Source: a methane-oxidizing endosymbiont of Gigantopelta aegis
Lineage (GTDB): Bacteria; Pseudomonadota; Gammaproteobacteria; Methylococcales; Methylomonadaceae
Assembly: GCF_016097405.1 (NCBI RefSeq)
Contig: NZ_JAEHGD010000001.1
Span: 1,391,693 to 1,423,692, forward strand
Direction: 5' to 3'
DNA length: 32,000 nt
Positions within the stretch are counted from its first letter, which is position 1, and each line of letters opens with the position of its first letter. Below, in pieces: positions 1-9,814 of this stretch. Under the pieces are notes generated by a model that was not told the DNA's origin, did no database searches, and saw nothing but the letters and a program-made list of their open reading frames with translations. The position numbers and the translations under genes are program-made.

Positions 1-372
1 TTAAAAGAAATTTCCTATATTCATGCCGAAGCTTATCCGGCAGGTGAATTAAAACACGGTCCCTTGGCATTAATTGACGCTGAAATGCCGGTTATCACGG
101 TTGCACCGAATAATTCCTTGTTAGAAAAATTGAAGTCAAATATGCAGGAAGTCAGTGCGCGGGGAGGGCAATTGATTGTTTTTATGGATGAGACGTTGGC
201 CGGGGAGGAAAGCGAAAATGTACAGATTATTCCCGTTCCTAAAGTAGCCAATATCATTTCGCCGATTGTTTACACGATTCCTTTACAACTATTAGCCTAT
301 CATGTCGCGGTATTGAAGGGGACCGATGTGGATCAGCCCAGAAATCTGGCAAAATCGGTCACTGTAGAATAG
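1..372 (+). CDS. glmS: Glutamine-fructose-6-phosphate aminotransferase (isomerizing), C-terminal part, 5' truncated by window
   Basis: Frame 1 reads [38 protein letters not shown]...[23 protein letters not shown], the characteristic GlmS C-terminus. Confidence 0.96.
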   Translation, partial: LKEISYIHAEAYPAGELKHGPLALIDAEMPVITVAPNNSLLEKLKSNMQEVSARGGQLIVFMDETLAGEESENVQIIPVPKVANIISPIVYTIPLQLLAYHVAVLKGTDVDQPRNLAKSVTVE

Positions 373-858
373 CTAATAGAGTATTTTATGATCAATTTTC
401 AGCCATTCCTCAAACGGACGACTCGCAGTGTCCAGAGGAATGTGCTGCATAGGGATACGGCGTTCTTCGGGAGGCTTGGCAATTTCCTCGTAAATAAAGG
501 CATCGTCAAAGCCTGATTTGGCCGCGTCAAAGCGCGTACTGGCAAAAAATACGCGCTCCAAACGTGCCCAGTAAATGGCGCCTAAACACATCGGGCAAGG
601 TTCGCAGCTGGTATATAGTGTGCAGCCTGTCAATTGAAAGTCCTGTAAATTTTGGCATGCGGATCGAATCACCATGATTTCGGCGTGTGCGGTTGGGTCG
701 AGATTCGGTGTAACTCGATTACCACTCGATGCAATAATTTTATTATTTTTGACGATGAGTGCGCCATAAGGGCCGCCATTGGCTTCATTTACATTCTGTG
801 TCGCCAAGTCTATCGCCTGATGTAGAAAGTGTTGGTGTGAACTCAGAGCTATAGTCAT
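373..858 (-). CDS. Nucleoside/guanine deaminase-like protein (cytidine/deoxycytidylate deaminase fold)
   Basis: 161 aa ORF with zinc-binding motifs HAEIMVIR and PCPMCLGAIYWARL; C-terminal EEWLKIDHKILY resembles GuaD-type deaminases. Confidence 0.85.
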   Translation of the reverse strand: MTIALSSHQHFLHQAIDLATQNVNEANGGPYGALIVKNNKIIASSGNRVTPNLDPTAHAEIMVIRSACQNLQDFQLTGCTLYTSCEPCPMCLGAIYWARLERVFFASTRFDAAKSGFDDAFIYEEIAKPPEERRIPMQHIPLDTASRPFEEWLKIDHKILY

Positions 859-862
859 GATT

Positions 863-1960
863 CTATTTGAGGCCTAAGGGGTTATCAGGATCAATGCCAT
901 CCATGAAAGGCAGTCTGCGATCTCGGTTGGTCAGCTGGTAAACCTTACCTAACCAATTATTGAAAACCGCTTTCGCCGTATCGCGCCAAGTAATATCGAG
1001 GTGTTCACGAATTTCGGATTCTGGAAAGGCAGGGAAAGCCATTTTTTTGTTTTTAGCGGAAATGACATCCTGCTTGTAATCTGTCAGGAGCGCTTGAACG
1101 ATGTCATTAAAATAGTTTTCAGGAAAAGGGGGATAGTCAGCACGCTCATGATTAAAAAAACGGATGACTTCACGTTTATATTCTTTCATTAAACTGATGT
1201 CATCATATTCAGGATGTCCCTGAAAGAACACGACACGAAAACCATCCGGGCTAACGGCTAAATGAACCCCCGCGTCATCACTGGCCACTAAAACTTTTAA
1301 GCCGTGTTGTTCCATGTCTTTCTGAAAAACCTCATTAAAGCGAGAATGAGGAACATCAAATCGAGTATTGATTTCAATCACCAGAGGATGGAGGCGATCA
1401 ATCACCTTGTGTGAAAAAACGCCCCAGCGTTTAGCGGGTAAGGGGGTGCGTTCAATACCATAACAATATTGGATTAAAGCATGTGTGGCCAGGCAAGAAC
1501 ATAAAATCGATGTGACGTTTTGTTTGGCCCAGGCAAATACTTCAGTAAGGGGTTGCCAGAATGCTTCTTGTTGTAAATGGGGGTGGGTGACGTTGGCACC
1601 ACTGATAATTAACGCATCCAATCCATCCTGTTTTATTTGTTCGAAAGTTTCATAATACTGTACGATATGCGCCTTCGCTTCAGGGCCGCGTTCTAATCCT
1701 TCGATGGTAAATGGGTGAACATGAAACTGCGCGATTTGATTACACGCACCTAATAACCTGAAAAATTGACGTTCAGTCGCTTCCAGCGCCGCATCAGGCA
1801 TGATATTCAGTAGACCAATATGCAATTCACGAATATCTTGTTGTTGTGCGCGGTCAGGCGGCAAAATTTCTTCGCCTTCAGCCTGTAAGCGTTTAAAAGT
1901 CGGTAAATTGGTATGAGCAACTAGTGGCATGGCAGAGTCAGGATTGTTTGGCAATCGCAT
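863..1960 (-). CDS. metA: Homoserine O-succinyltransferase/O-acetyltransferase (MetA/MetX-type)
   Basis: 365 aa ORF: LHIGLLNIMPDAALEATERQFFRLLG, SGANVTHPHL, ILCSCLATHALIQ, FFQGHPEYDDISLMKEYKREV. Confidence 0.93.
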   Translation of the reverse strand: MRLPNNPDSAMPLVAHTNLPTFKRLQAEGEEILPPDRAQQQDIRELHIGLLNIMPDAALEATERQFFRLLGACNQIAQFHVHPFTIEGLERGPEAKAHIVQYYETFEQIKQDGLDALIISGANVTHPHLQQEAFWQPLTEVFAWAKQNVTSILCSCLATHALIQYCYGIERTPLPAKRWGVFSHKVIDRLHPLVIEINTRFDVPHSRFNEVFQKDMEQHGLKVLVASDDAGVHLAVSPDGFRVVFFQGHPEYDDISLMKEYKREVIRFFNHERADYPPFPENYFNDIVQALLTDYKQDVISAKNKKMAFPAFPESEIREHLDITWRDTAKAVFNNWLGKVYQLTNRDRRLPFMDGIDPDNPLGLK

Positions 1961-2783
1961 CGGCGATTAAATGGATGAAGTCATCTTCACTCGTAACATT
2001 TGCCGTGTCTTCGGCGCTGACTGTATAGCCAAATTGGTCGGCGATAGCCTGATAGCGTGGAAGACGAGACTTAAACAAATGAGGGAAAACCCAGCTCACA
2101 AAATCATCGGGTGGAATTTGATTGCTGTCACGGTAGCCTCGCTCCGCCATATAAAGTGTAAGCTGTTCGTCTAAAAATGCTTCGCGATAATATAAAGGCT
2201 TTGGGTCGGACTTTGCGCGAGCAATTATCGTTTTCTCCAGGGATGGTGGGATTTTTATATAGATAATGAGTGTGTGTTCGGCGAGTGTTTCCAGAACACC
2301 GGGGTCATCAAGTTCACAGACACTACCGCCGGCATCATTGATAAAATTGGTGTAGCCATAGATTTGTTCTGCCTTTTCAATAAACGCCGGTACATCATTC
2401 ATTGCCGCGATTTCAGCCTGTCGATGGAGATTTTGACGTCGTTTGAATTCGTCTAAGGGCAGGCCACCTAAATCAGGGTTACCTAACTTACCTAAAAAGC
2501 AGGAAACCGGGTCAAGATTGTCAAACGTAATGTTATTGCGAATGTAAATCGAATCATTCAATAATAATTTGCGTAAAAAAGGGACATCCATTGCCTGGCG
2601 TTTAACATTGTCCAAAATTGGTTCATCCAGGTATTTTGTTCCAATTCGGTAGTCTCCAGAATAATGAAACCATCGGCTTCGCGGTAGCTTTTTGGCTAAG
2701 GTTGTTTTGCCTGCACCAGACATGGCAAGTAAAGTAATGCTTTTGGACTTCCAGTCCAAAAAGTCTTGCGGTGACATTTTCAT
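1938..2783 (-). CDS. P-loop ATPase-like protein of unknown function
   Basis: 281 aa ORF with Walker A-like LLAMSGAGKTTLAKKL; overlaps the 5' end of metA by about 20 nt. Confidence 0.75.
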   Translation of the reverse strand: MKMSPQDFLDWKSKSITLLAMSGAGKTTLAKKLPRSRWFHYSGDYRIGTKYLDEPILDNVKRQAMDVPFLRKLLLNDSIYIRNNITFDNLDPVSCFLGKLGNPDLGGLPLDEFKRRQNLHRQAEIAAMNDVPAFIEKAEQIYGYTNFINDAGGSVCELDDPGVLETLAEHTLIIYIKIPPSLEKTIIARAKSDPKPLYYREAFLDEQLTLYMAERGYRDSNQIPPDDFVSWVFPHLFKSRLPRYQAIADQFGYTVSAEDTANVTSEDDFIHLIADAIAKQS

Positions 2784-2788
2784 AGGGC

Positions 2789-3094
2789 TTAAAAGTCGTT
2801 CAATTTATCCAAGTCTAAAGGATCAGCATCGGTGGCCGTATGCATATCCGGATCGGAATAACCCAAATCATCGGGTTCCAAATCATCAAAAGGAGCGCTC
2901 CAGTCTTCTGGTGCTTCAATATAATCAAAGGTAGAATTGTACCAGCTATCTGAATCGTACTCGCCAATATCCCCATTGATGTATTGCACTTCGATCGTGT
3001 TATCCGAGTCTTCGATAGCAACTACTTTGAAGCTCAAATCATTTTCAACATCTTTATACCAGCGTCCAATAACAGGATCGGTTACCGTAGTCAT
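2789..3094 (-). CDS. Small acidic conserved hypothetical protein
   Basis: 101 aa ORF MTTVTDPVIGRWYKDVENDLSFKVVAIEDSDNTIEVQYINGDIGEYDSDSWY..., 5 nt upstream of the ATPase gene and co-directional. Confidence 0.65.
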   Translation of the reverse strand: MTTVTDPVIGRWYKDVENDLSFKVVAIEDSDNTIEVQYINGDIGEYDSDSWYNSTFDYIEAPEDWSAPFDDLEPDDLGYSDPDMHTATDADPLDLDKLNDF

Positions 3095-3281
3095 AACAGC
3101 TCTCCAAAAGAAAAAGTGTTACCACTAAAGATACCAGAAAAATAAAAAAATGTATGTGTAAAAACCGTTTGACAGTTTTAAAGAAGTGAGTATAATGGCC
3201 TGCTCTTTCGCGATGGAATTGCGAAGTGCCGGGACGGCGGGGTTGGCGATGTTTTTTTGTTCCAACTTTTTTAAAAAGGAT

Positions 3282-3309
3282 TTGACAGACGGATTTGGGT
3301 CTGTATAAT
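3282..3309 (+). promoter_or_regulatory. Putative rRNA operon promoter (-35 TTGACA, 16 nt spacer, -10 TATAAT)
   Basis: TTGACA at 3282-3287 and TATAAT at 3304-3309, upstream of 16S rRNA with an AT-rich stretch before it. Confidence 0.85.
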
Positions 3310-3356
3310 GGTCGGACTCAACGGGGCAGGTTGCTCCGGACCGGTTATCCGGCCGA

Positions 3357-3369
3357 TGCTCTTTAACAA
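3357..3369 (+). promoter_or_regulatory. boxA-like antitermination sequence in the rRNA leader
   Basis: TGCTCTTTAACAA between the promoter and 16S; GCTCTTTAACAA recurs at 5701-5712 before 23S. Confidence 0.75.
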
Positions 3370-3603
3370 AACAATCGAAATAATTTGTGTGGGTACTTGT
3401 GGTGGATATTTTAGACTGTACTAAGATATTCGACACAGATATTCATGTCAATTCTAAAGCAGAATTTACGTTGATTCTGGGTCGAGCCAAGATTGGATAC
3501 TCGTCTTACAGAGTATCAAACATTATTAAACTGAAGAGTTTGATCATGGCTCAGATTGAACGCTGGCGGTATGCTTAACACATGCAAGTCGAACGGTAAC
3601 AGG

Positions 3604-3667
3604 CCCTTCACCTAAATTTATTTGCTAAAGAGCAGTTGAGAACACATGCGATAGATTTAGGTGAGGG
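3604..3667 (+). repeat. Insertion/expanded hairpin in 16S V1 (helix 6) with CCCTTCACCTAAAT...ATTTAGGTGAGGGG arms
   Basis: Between conserved AACGGTAACAGG and TGCTGACGAGTGGCGG, where E. coli has a short hairpin; arms pair over about 14 bp with one G-U. Confidence 0.8.
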
Positions 3668-3760
3668 GTGCTGACGAGTGGCGGACGGGTGAGTAACGCG
3701 TAGGAATCTGCCCAGTGGTGGGGGACAACTTGGGGAAACTCAAGCTAATACCGCATACGA

Positions 3761-3854
3761 CCCTCACCTAGAATTGAGTGTTTTTTATTGAGGATATGTT
3801 AGGAAGTCATTGTTCTGACATATTCAGTAGAGAACATTGAATTCTAGGTGAGGG
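3761..3854 (+). repeat. 94-nt insertion in 16S V2 (about helix 9) bounded by a perfect 15-nt inverted repeat
   Basis: CCCTCACCTAGAATT (3761-3775) is the exact reverse complement of AATTCTAGGTGAGGG (3840-3854); flanked by rRNA CCGCATACGA and TGAAAGCGGGGGATC. Confidence 0.88.
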
Positions 3855-3968
3855 TGAAAGCGGGGGATCTTTTTAGACCTCGCGCCATTGGATGAGCCTG
3901 CGTTAGATTAGCTAGTTGGTGGGGTAAAGGCCTACCAAGGCGACGATCTATAGCTGGTCTGAGAGGAC

Positions 3969-4059
<91 letters not shown>

Positions 4060-4160
4060 AATACCGCGTGTGTGAAGAAGGCCTGAGGGTTGTAAAGCAC
4101 TTTCAGAAGGGAGGAAAACACACGGGCCAATACCCCGTGTCTTGACATTACCTTCAGAAG

Positions 4161-4208
<48 letters not shown>

Positions 4209-4438
4209 GAGCGTTAATCGGAATTACTGGGCGTAAAGCGTGCGTAGGCGGTTTGTTAAGTCAGAAGTGAAAGCCCTGGGCTCAACCTGGGAACGGCTTT
4301 TGAGACTGGCAGACTAGAGTTGAGTAGAGGGGAGTGGAATTTCCGGTGTAGCGGTGAAATGCGTAGAGATCGGAAGGAACACCAGTGGCGAAGGCGACTC
4401 CTGGACTCAAACTGACGCTGAGGTACGAAAGCGTGGGT

Positions 4439-4483
<45 letters not shown>

Positions 4484-4540
4484 TCAACTAACCGTTGGGC
4501 GCATTGAGCGCTTAGTGGTGGAGCTAACGTATTAAGTTGA

Positions 4541-4577
<37 letters not shown>

Positions 4578-4591
4578 TGAATTGACGGGGG

Positions 4592-4627
<36 letters not shown>

Positions 4628-4704
4628 CAACGCGAAGAACCTTACCACCCCTTGACATCCCAGGAATCCTTTAGAGATAGAGGAGTGCCTTCGGGAACCT
4701 GGAG

Positions 4705-4760
<56 letters not shown>

Positions 4761-4818
4761 TAACGAGCGCAACCCTTATCCTTAGTTGCTAGCAGGTTAA
4801 GCTGAGAACTCTAGGGAG

Positions 4819-4871
<53 letters not shown>

Positions 4872-4964
4872 CTTATGGGGTGGGCTACACACGTGCTACA
4901 ATGGCCGGTACAGAGGGCAGCGAACTCGCGAGGGTAAGCAAATCTCACAAAGCCGGTCCCAGTC

Positions 4965-4997
<33 letters not shown>

Positions 4998-5028
4998 CGG
5001 AATCGCTAGTAATCGCGAATCAGAATGT

Positions 5029-5083
<55 letters not shown>

Positions 5084-5273
5084 GGTTGCTCCAGAAGTGG
5101 CTAGTCCAACCTTTTAGGAGGGCGGTCACCACGGAGTGATTCATGACTGGGGTGAAGTCGTAACAAGGTAGCCCTAGGGGAACCTGGGGCTGGATCACCT
5201 CCTTACAAAGACAGCTAAAAGCCGTCATGAGTGTCCACAACAAATTATTTCGATTGAGAGAGAAGATGAGCCT

Positions 5274-5350
<77 letters not shown>

Positions 5351-5355
5351 ATTTT

Positions 5356-5425
5356 GCGTTGTTCTGCGTTAAATGCTCGCTCACGTACTAACGTACGCTA
5401 CGCGACCATTTGCCTTGATCAACAC
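5356..5425. repeat. Imperfect palindromic intergenic repeat-like sequence between tRNA-Ile and tRNA-Ala
   Basis: GCGTTGTTCTGCGTTAAATGCTCGCTCACGTA-CTA-ACGTACGCTACGCGACCATTTGCCTTGATCAACAC folds back on itself with centre near 5389. Confidence 0.5.
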
Positions 5426-5532
5426 AAAATCCGAATAATCTAAAAGGCGAATCAAAAGGATTGGTCATGATAGATTAAACGGGAGATGGTCTGGGAAAGC
5501 GGGAATTGCTTAACAGCAAATACCAGTTTACT

Positions 5533-5608
5533 GGGGCCATAGCTCAGCTGGGAGAGCGCCTGCCTTGCACGCAGGAGGTCGGGAGTTCGATCCTCCCTGG
5601 CTCCACCA
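5533..5608 (+). tRNA. tRNA-Ala (TGC)
   Basis: GGGGCCATAGCTCAGCTGGGAGAGCGCCTGCCTTGCACGCAGGAGGTCGGGAGTTCGATCCTCCCTGGCTCCACCA; 76 nt. Confidence 0.98.
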
Positions 5609-6513
5609 TCATGAGGCAGGTGGGAAGAAACCAATGCTATCTGATTTCGATAAAAACTATTATCGAGAACCGATAGCATTAGTTTTTAAAAAGACTAATA
5701 GCTCTTTAACAATGTGGAAATCTGTAACCGATTCTTAAACAGAATCGAAACGAGTTACATCAAACAATAGGCGACTATTGACTTGATGCTAATGAGTTCT
5801 CAAGCAGAAAAATCGTAGTGTCAGCTGACGATATAACACAACAGATGTTCAGCCGCAGTTTCGAAAGAAAGTGCAGTCAAACAGACTGATTGGGGTTATA
5901 TGGTCAAGTGAATAAGCGCATACGGTGGATGCCTAGGCAGTAAGAGGCGATGAAGGACGTTGTAGCATGCGATAAGCCACGGGGAGAATGCAAACATTCT
6001 TTGATCCGTGGATTTCCGAATGGGGAAACCCAATCGACACCAAGTCGATTATCCTTACCTGAATACATAGGGTAAGGAGGCGAACCGGGAGAACTGAAAC
6101 ATCTAAGTACCCCGAGGAAAAGAAATCAACCGAGATTCCCTAAGTAGCGGCGAGCGAACGGGGATTAGCCCTTAAGTCCAGCACCATTTAGTGGAATGCT
6201 CTGGAAAGTGCAGTCATAGATGGTGATAACCCAGTACACGAAAAATGGTGCTGAATGAAATCGAGTAGGTCGGCGCACGTGAAACGTTGACTGAATATGG
6301 GGGACCATCCTCCAAGGCTAAATACTCCTTACTGACCGATAGTGAACCAGTACCGTGAGGGAAAGGCGAAAAGAACCCCGGAGAGGGGAGTGAAATAGAT
6401 CCTGAAACCGTATGCGTACAAGCAGTGGGAGCCCCTCACCTTCAGATGGTATTCTGGTGTTTAAAACACCACGCCTCTAAGGTATAAAAAGCACCACTGA
6501 AGTTGAGACCAAC

Positions 6514-6738
6514 ATGTATTATGTTTATGTACTTCAATCAAAGGCAGATGAAGAAAAATTTTACCTGGGTAGCACGACGGATTTAAAACGACGTGTCGAA
6601 GAACACAATCAAGGTAAAAATAAGTCAACGAAAACACAGCAATGGACATTGGTGTATTACGAAGCTTATACAACAGAATCAGCAGCCAGAGAACGGGAGC
6701 ATAAACTAAAACAAGATGGTCGAAGAAACGATTTTTAA
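6514..6738 (+). CDS. GIY-YIG-superfamily nuclease-like protein encoded inside 23S rRNA
   Basis: MYYVYVLQSKADEEKFYLGSTTDLKRRVEEHNQGKNKSTKTQQWTLVYYEAYTTESAAREREHKLKQDGRRNDF: YYVYVL...(F)YLGST core, R in DLKRR, E in YYEAY. The alternate frame past the stop continues RFLMQRIKKEFKTN*, so the C-terminus may be frameshifted. Confidence 0.8.
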   Translation: MYYVYVLQSKADEEKFYLGSTTDLKRRVEEHNQGKNKSTKTQQWTLVYYEAYTTESAAREREHKLKQDGRRNDF

Positions 6739-6776
6739 TGCAACGCATAAAAAAAGAGTTTAAAACAAACTAGGGG

Positions 6777-6871
6777 CCCCGCACCTAAATTAGGTGATGC
6801 GCCGGCGAGTCAAACATTACAACGTTAATAAAACGTTGTAGATACCGTACCAGAATAATTTAGGTGCGGGG
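6777..6871 (+). repeat. 95-nt ORF-less inverted-repeat unit at the 3' side of the helix-25 insertion
   Basis: CCCCGCACCTAAATTA (6777-6792) is the exact reverse complement of TAATTTAGGTGCGGGG (6856-6871). Confidence 0.87.
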
Positions 6872-7358
6872 TGACTGCGTACCTTTTGTATAATGGGTCA
6901 GCGACTTACATTTTGTGGCAAGCTTAACTGAATAAGGGAGGCGTAGCGAAAGCGAGTCTTAATAGGGCGAAAAGTCGCAAGGTGTAGACCCGAAACCGGG
7001 CGATCTATCCATGGCCAGGTTGAAGGTTGGGTAATACCAACTGGAGGACCGAACCGACTTATGTTGAAAAATGAGCGGATGAGCTGTGGATCGGAGTGAA
7101 AGGCTAATCAAGCCCGGAGATAGCTGGTTCTCCTCGAAAGCTATTTAGGTAGCGCCTCGTGTATAACTGTTGGGGGTAGAGCACTGTTTCGGCTAGGGGT
7201 CATCCCGACTTACCAACCCGATGCAAACTCCGAATACCAACAAGTTGCAGCACGGGAGACACGGCGGGTGATAAGGTTCGTCGTGGAAAGGGAAACAGCC
7301 CAGACCGTCAGCTAAGGTCCCAAAATCATAGCTCAGTGGAAAACGATGTGGGAAGGCC

Positions 7359-7423
<65 letters not shown>

Positions 7424-8134
7424 GAGTCGGCCTGCGCGGAAGATTTACCGGGGCTAAGCTATGTACCGAAGCTACGGATTCATCCTTTAGGATGAGTGGT
7501 AGAGGAGCGTTCTGTACGCCTGCGAAGGTGAACTGAGAAGTTTGCTGGAGGTATCAGAAGTGCGAATGCTGACATGAGTAACGATAATGGGGTGAAAAAC
7601 CCCACGCCGAAAGCCCAAGGTTTCCTGCGCAACGCTAATCGACGCAGGGTTAGTCGGCACCTAAGGCGAGGCCGAGAGGCGTAGTCGATGGAAAACAGGT
7701 TAATATTCCTGTACTTGTTATAGCTGCGATGGGGTGACGGAGAAGGCTAGGTCAGCGACCTGTTGGATTAGGTCGTTTAAGCGTGTAGGGAGAGAGCTTA
7801 GGTAAATCCGGGCTCTTGTTAATCCTGAGGCGTGATGACGAAGCATGCTTTTTAAGCGTGCGAAGTGATTGATGCCCGGCTTCCAAGAAAAACCTCTAAG
7901 CTTCAGGCTATGACGAGCCGTACCCCAAACCGACACAGGTGGGTGGGATGAGAATTCTAAGGCGCTTGAGAGAACTCGGGTGAAGGAACTAGGCAAAATG
8001 GTACCGTAACTTCGGGAGAAGGTACGCCCTTGGTAAGTGAAGCCCCTTGCGGGTGGAGCTGAAGAGGGTAGCATTAAACTGGTGGCTGCGACTGTTTAGC
8101 AAAAACATAGCACTCTGCAAACACGAAAGTGGAC

Positions 8135-8169
<35 letters not shown>

Positions 8170-8184
8170 TAATTGATGGGGTTA

Positions 8185-8473
8185 CCCCTCACCTAGATTA
8201 TTTATAAAATGTATTACGTTTATGTACTTTATAGTCGAGAAAAAGACACGTTTTATTTAGGTTATACCGCTGACTTAAAACAGCGTTTTAATCAACATAA
8301 AAACGGAGCAAATAAATCGACTAAAAAACACAAGATTGGATACTTTCTTATTATGAAGCTTACTTAACAGAGCAGGCTGCAAGAAAAGAGAAAGTAACTT
8401 AAAGCGTAGTGGAAAAGCGTATCATAGTTTGAAACAACGAATACGTGACAGTTTAGATAATCTAGGTGAGGGG
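8185..8473 (+). mobile_element. 289-nt insertion in 23S domain IV (apical hairpin just before helix 69) with perfect 16-nt TIRs
   Basis: CCCCTCACCTAGATTA (8185-8200) / TAATCTAGGTGAGGGG (8458-8473); inserted between GTTAATTGATGGGGTTA and GGAAGCTCTTGATCGAAGCCCC. Confidence 0.9.
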
Positions 8474-8475
8474 GG
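8209..8475 (+). pseudogene. Degenerate GIY-YIG-nuclease-like ORF inside the second 23S insertion
   Basis: Hand translation: MYYVYVLYSREKDTFYLGYTADLKQRFNQHKNGANKSTKKHKIGYFLIMKLT*, then shifted frames YEAYLTEQAARKEK and NLKRSGKAYHSLKQRIRDSLDNLGEG. Homologous to the 6514-6738 product, with about two frameshifts. Confidence 0.78.
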
Positions 8476-8484
8476 AAGCTCTTG

Positions 8485-8578
<94 letters not shown>

Positions 8579-8649
8579 CGATGGCCACACTGTCTCCACC
8601 CGAGACTCAGTGAAATTGAAATTGCGGTGAAGATGCCGTATACCCGCGG

Positions 8650-8682
<33 letters not shown>

Positions 8683-9004
8683 GCTTTACACTGGACTTTG
8701 AACCTACTTGTGTAGGATAGCTGGGAGACTGTGAAGCGAGGACGCCAGTTCTCGTGGAGTCGTCCTTGAAATACCAGCCTGGTATGTTTGAAGTTCTAAC
8801 CTAGGCCCGTTATCCGGGTTGGGGACAGTGTATGGTGGGTAGTTTGACTGGGGCGGTCTCCTCCCAAAGCGTAACGGAGGAGCACGAAGGTACCCTAATC
8901 CTGGTCGGAAATCAGGAGGTTTGTGCAAAGGCATAAGGGTGCTTGACTGCGAGACGGACGTGTCGAGCAGGTACGAAAGTAGGTCTTAGTGATCCGGTGG
9001 TTCT

Positions 9005-9060
<56 letters not shown>

Positions 9061-9089
9061 ACCGCCCAAGAGTTCATATCGACGGCGGT

Positions 9090-9216
<127 letters not shown>

Positions 9217-9335
9217 TGCCGTGGGCGTTTGAGATTTGAGGGAAGCTGCTCCTAGTACGAGAGGACCGGAGTGGACGTTCCTCTGGTGTTCCGGTTGTCA
9301 CGCCAGTGGCATTGCCGGGTAGCTATGAACGGACA

Positions 9336-9369
<34 letters not shown>

Positions 9370-9625
9370 CTCCCAAGATGAGATCTCACTGGGACTTAAA
9401 GTCCCCTGAAGGGCCGTTGAAGACCACAACGTTGATAGGCGGGATGTGGACGTGCAGTAATGTATGAAGCTAACCCGTACTAATTGCCCGTGAGGCTTGA
9501 CCATATAACACCCAATGAGTTTGGTGTTATGTGAGCGATGACATAACGTTTTGACTGCATGAGATTACAGATTTCTGCATCGAGGGGAAACCCTCAAGGC
9601 AACGGCCTTTACAGGCCAAAACAGT

Positions 9626-9745
9626 TTGCCTGGTGAACATAGCGAGCGTGAACCACCCGATCCCATCCCGAACTCGGAAGTGAAACCGCTTAGCGCCGAT
9701 GATAGTGTGGCAGGTTGCCATGTGAAAGTAGGGAATCGCCAGGCT
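9626..9745 (+). rRNA. rrf: 5S ribosomal RNA
   Basis: TTGCCTGGTGAACATAGCGAGCGTGAACCACCCGATCCCATCCCGAACTCGGAAGTGAAACCGCTTAGCGCCGATGATAGTG...GGAATCGCCAGGC. Confidence 0.95.
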
Positions 9746-9753
9746 CTTAAAAT

Positions 9754-9788
9754 AAAGCCCAACCTTAATACTAAGGTTGGGCTTTTTT
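9754..9788 (+). terminator. Rho-independent terminator of the rRNA operon
   Basis: AGCCCAACCTTA-atac-TAAGGTTGGGCT followed by TTTTT. Confidence 0.92.
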
Positions 9789-9814
9789 GGCCTGTCGTCA
9801 AGTTAATCATGATG

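Larger units (their letters stand above)
6432..6871 (+). mobile_element. 440-nt composite insertion at 23S helix 25, with a GIY-YIG ORF followed by a second inverted-repeat unit
   Basis: Starts CCCCTCACCTTC after rRNA AGCAGTGGGAG and ends TAATTTAGGTGCGGGG before TGACTGCGTACCTTTTGTATAATGGGTCAGCGAC. Confidence 0.85.

Noticed and set aside
6461-6748. Minus-strand 95-aa ORF opposite the GIY-YIG ORF
   Set aside because: Antisense shadow; the plus-strand frame has the recognisable domain and a homologue in the second insertion.
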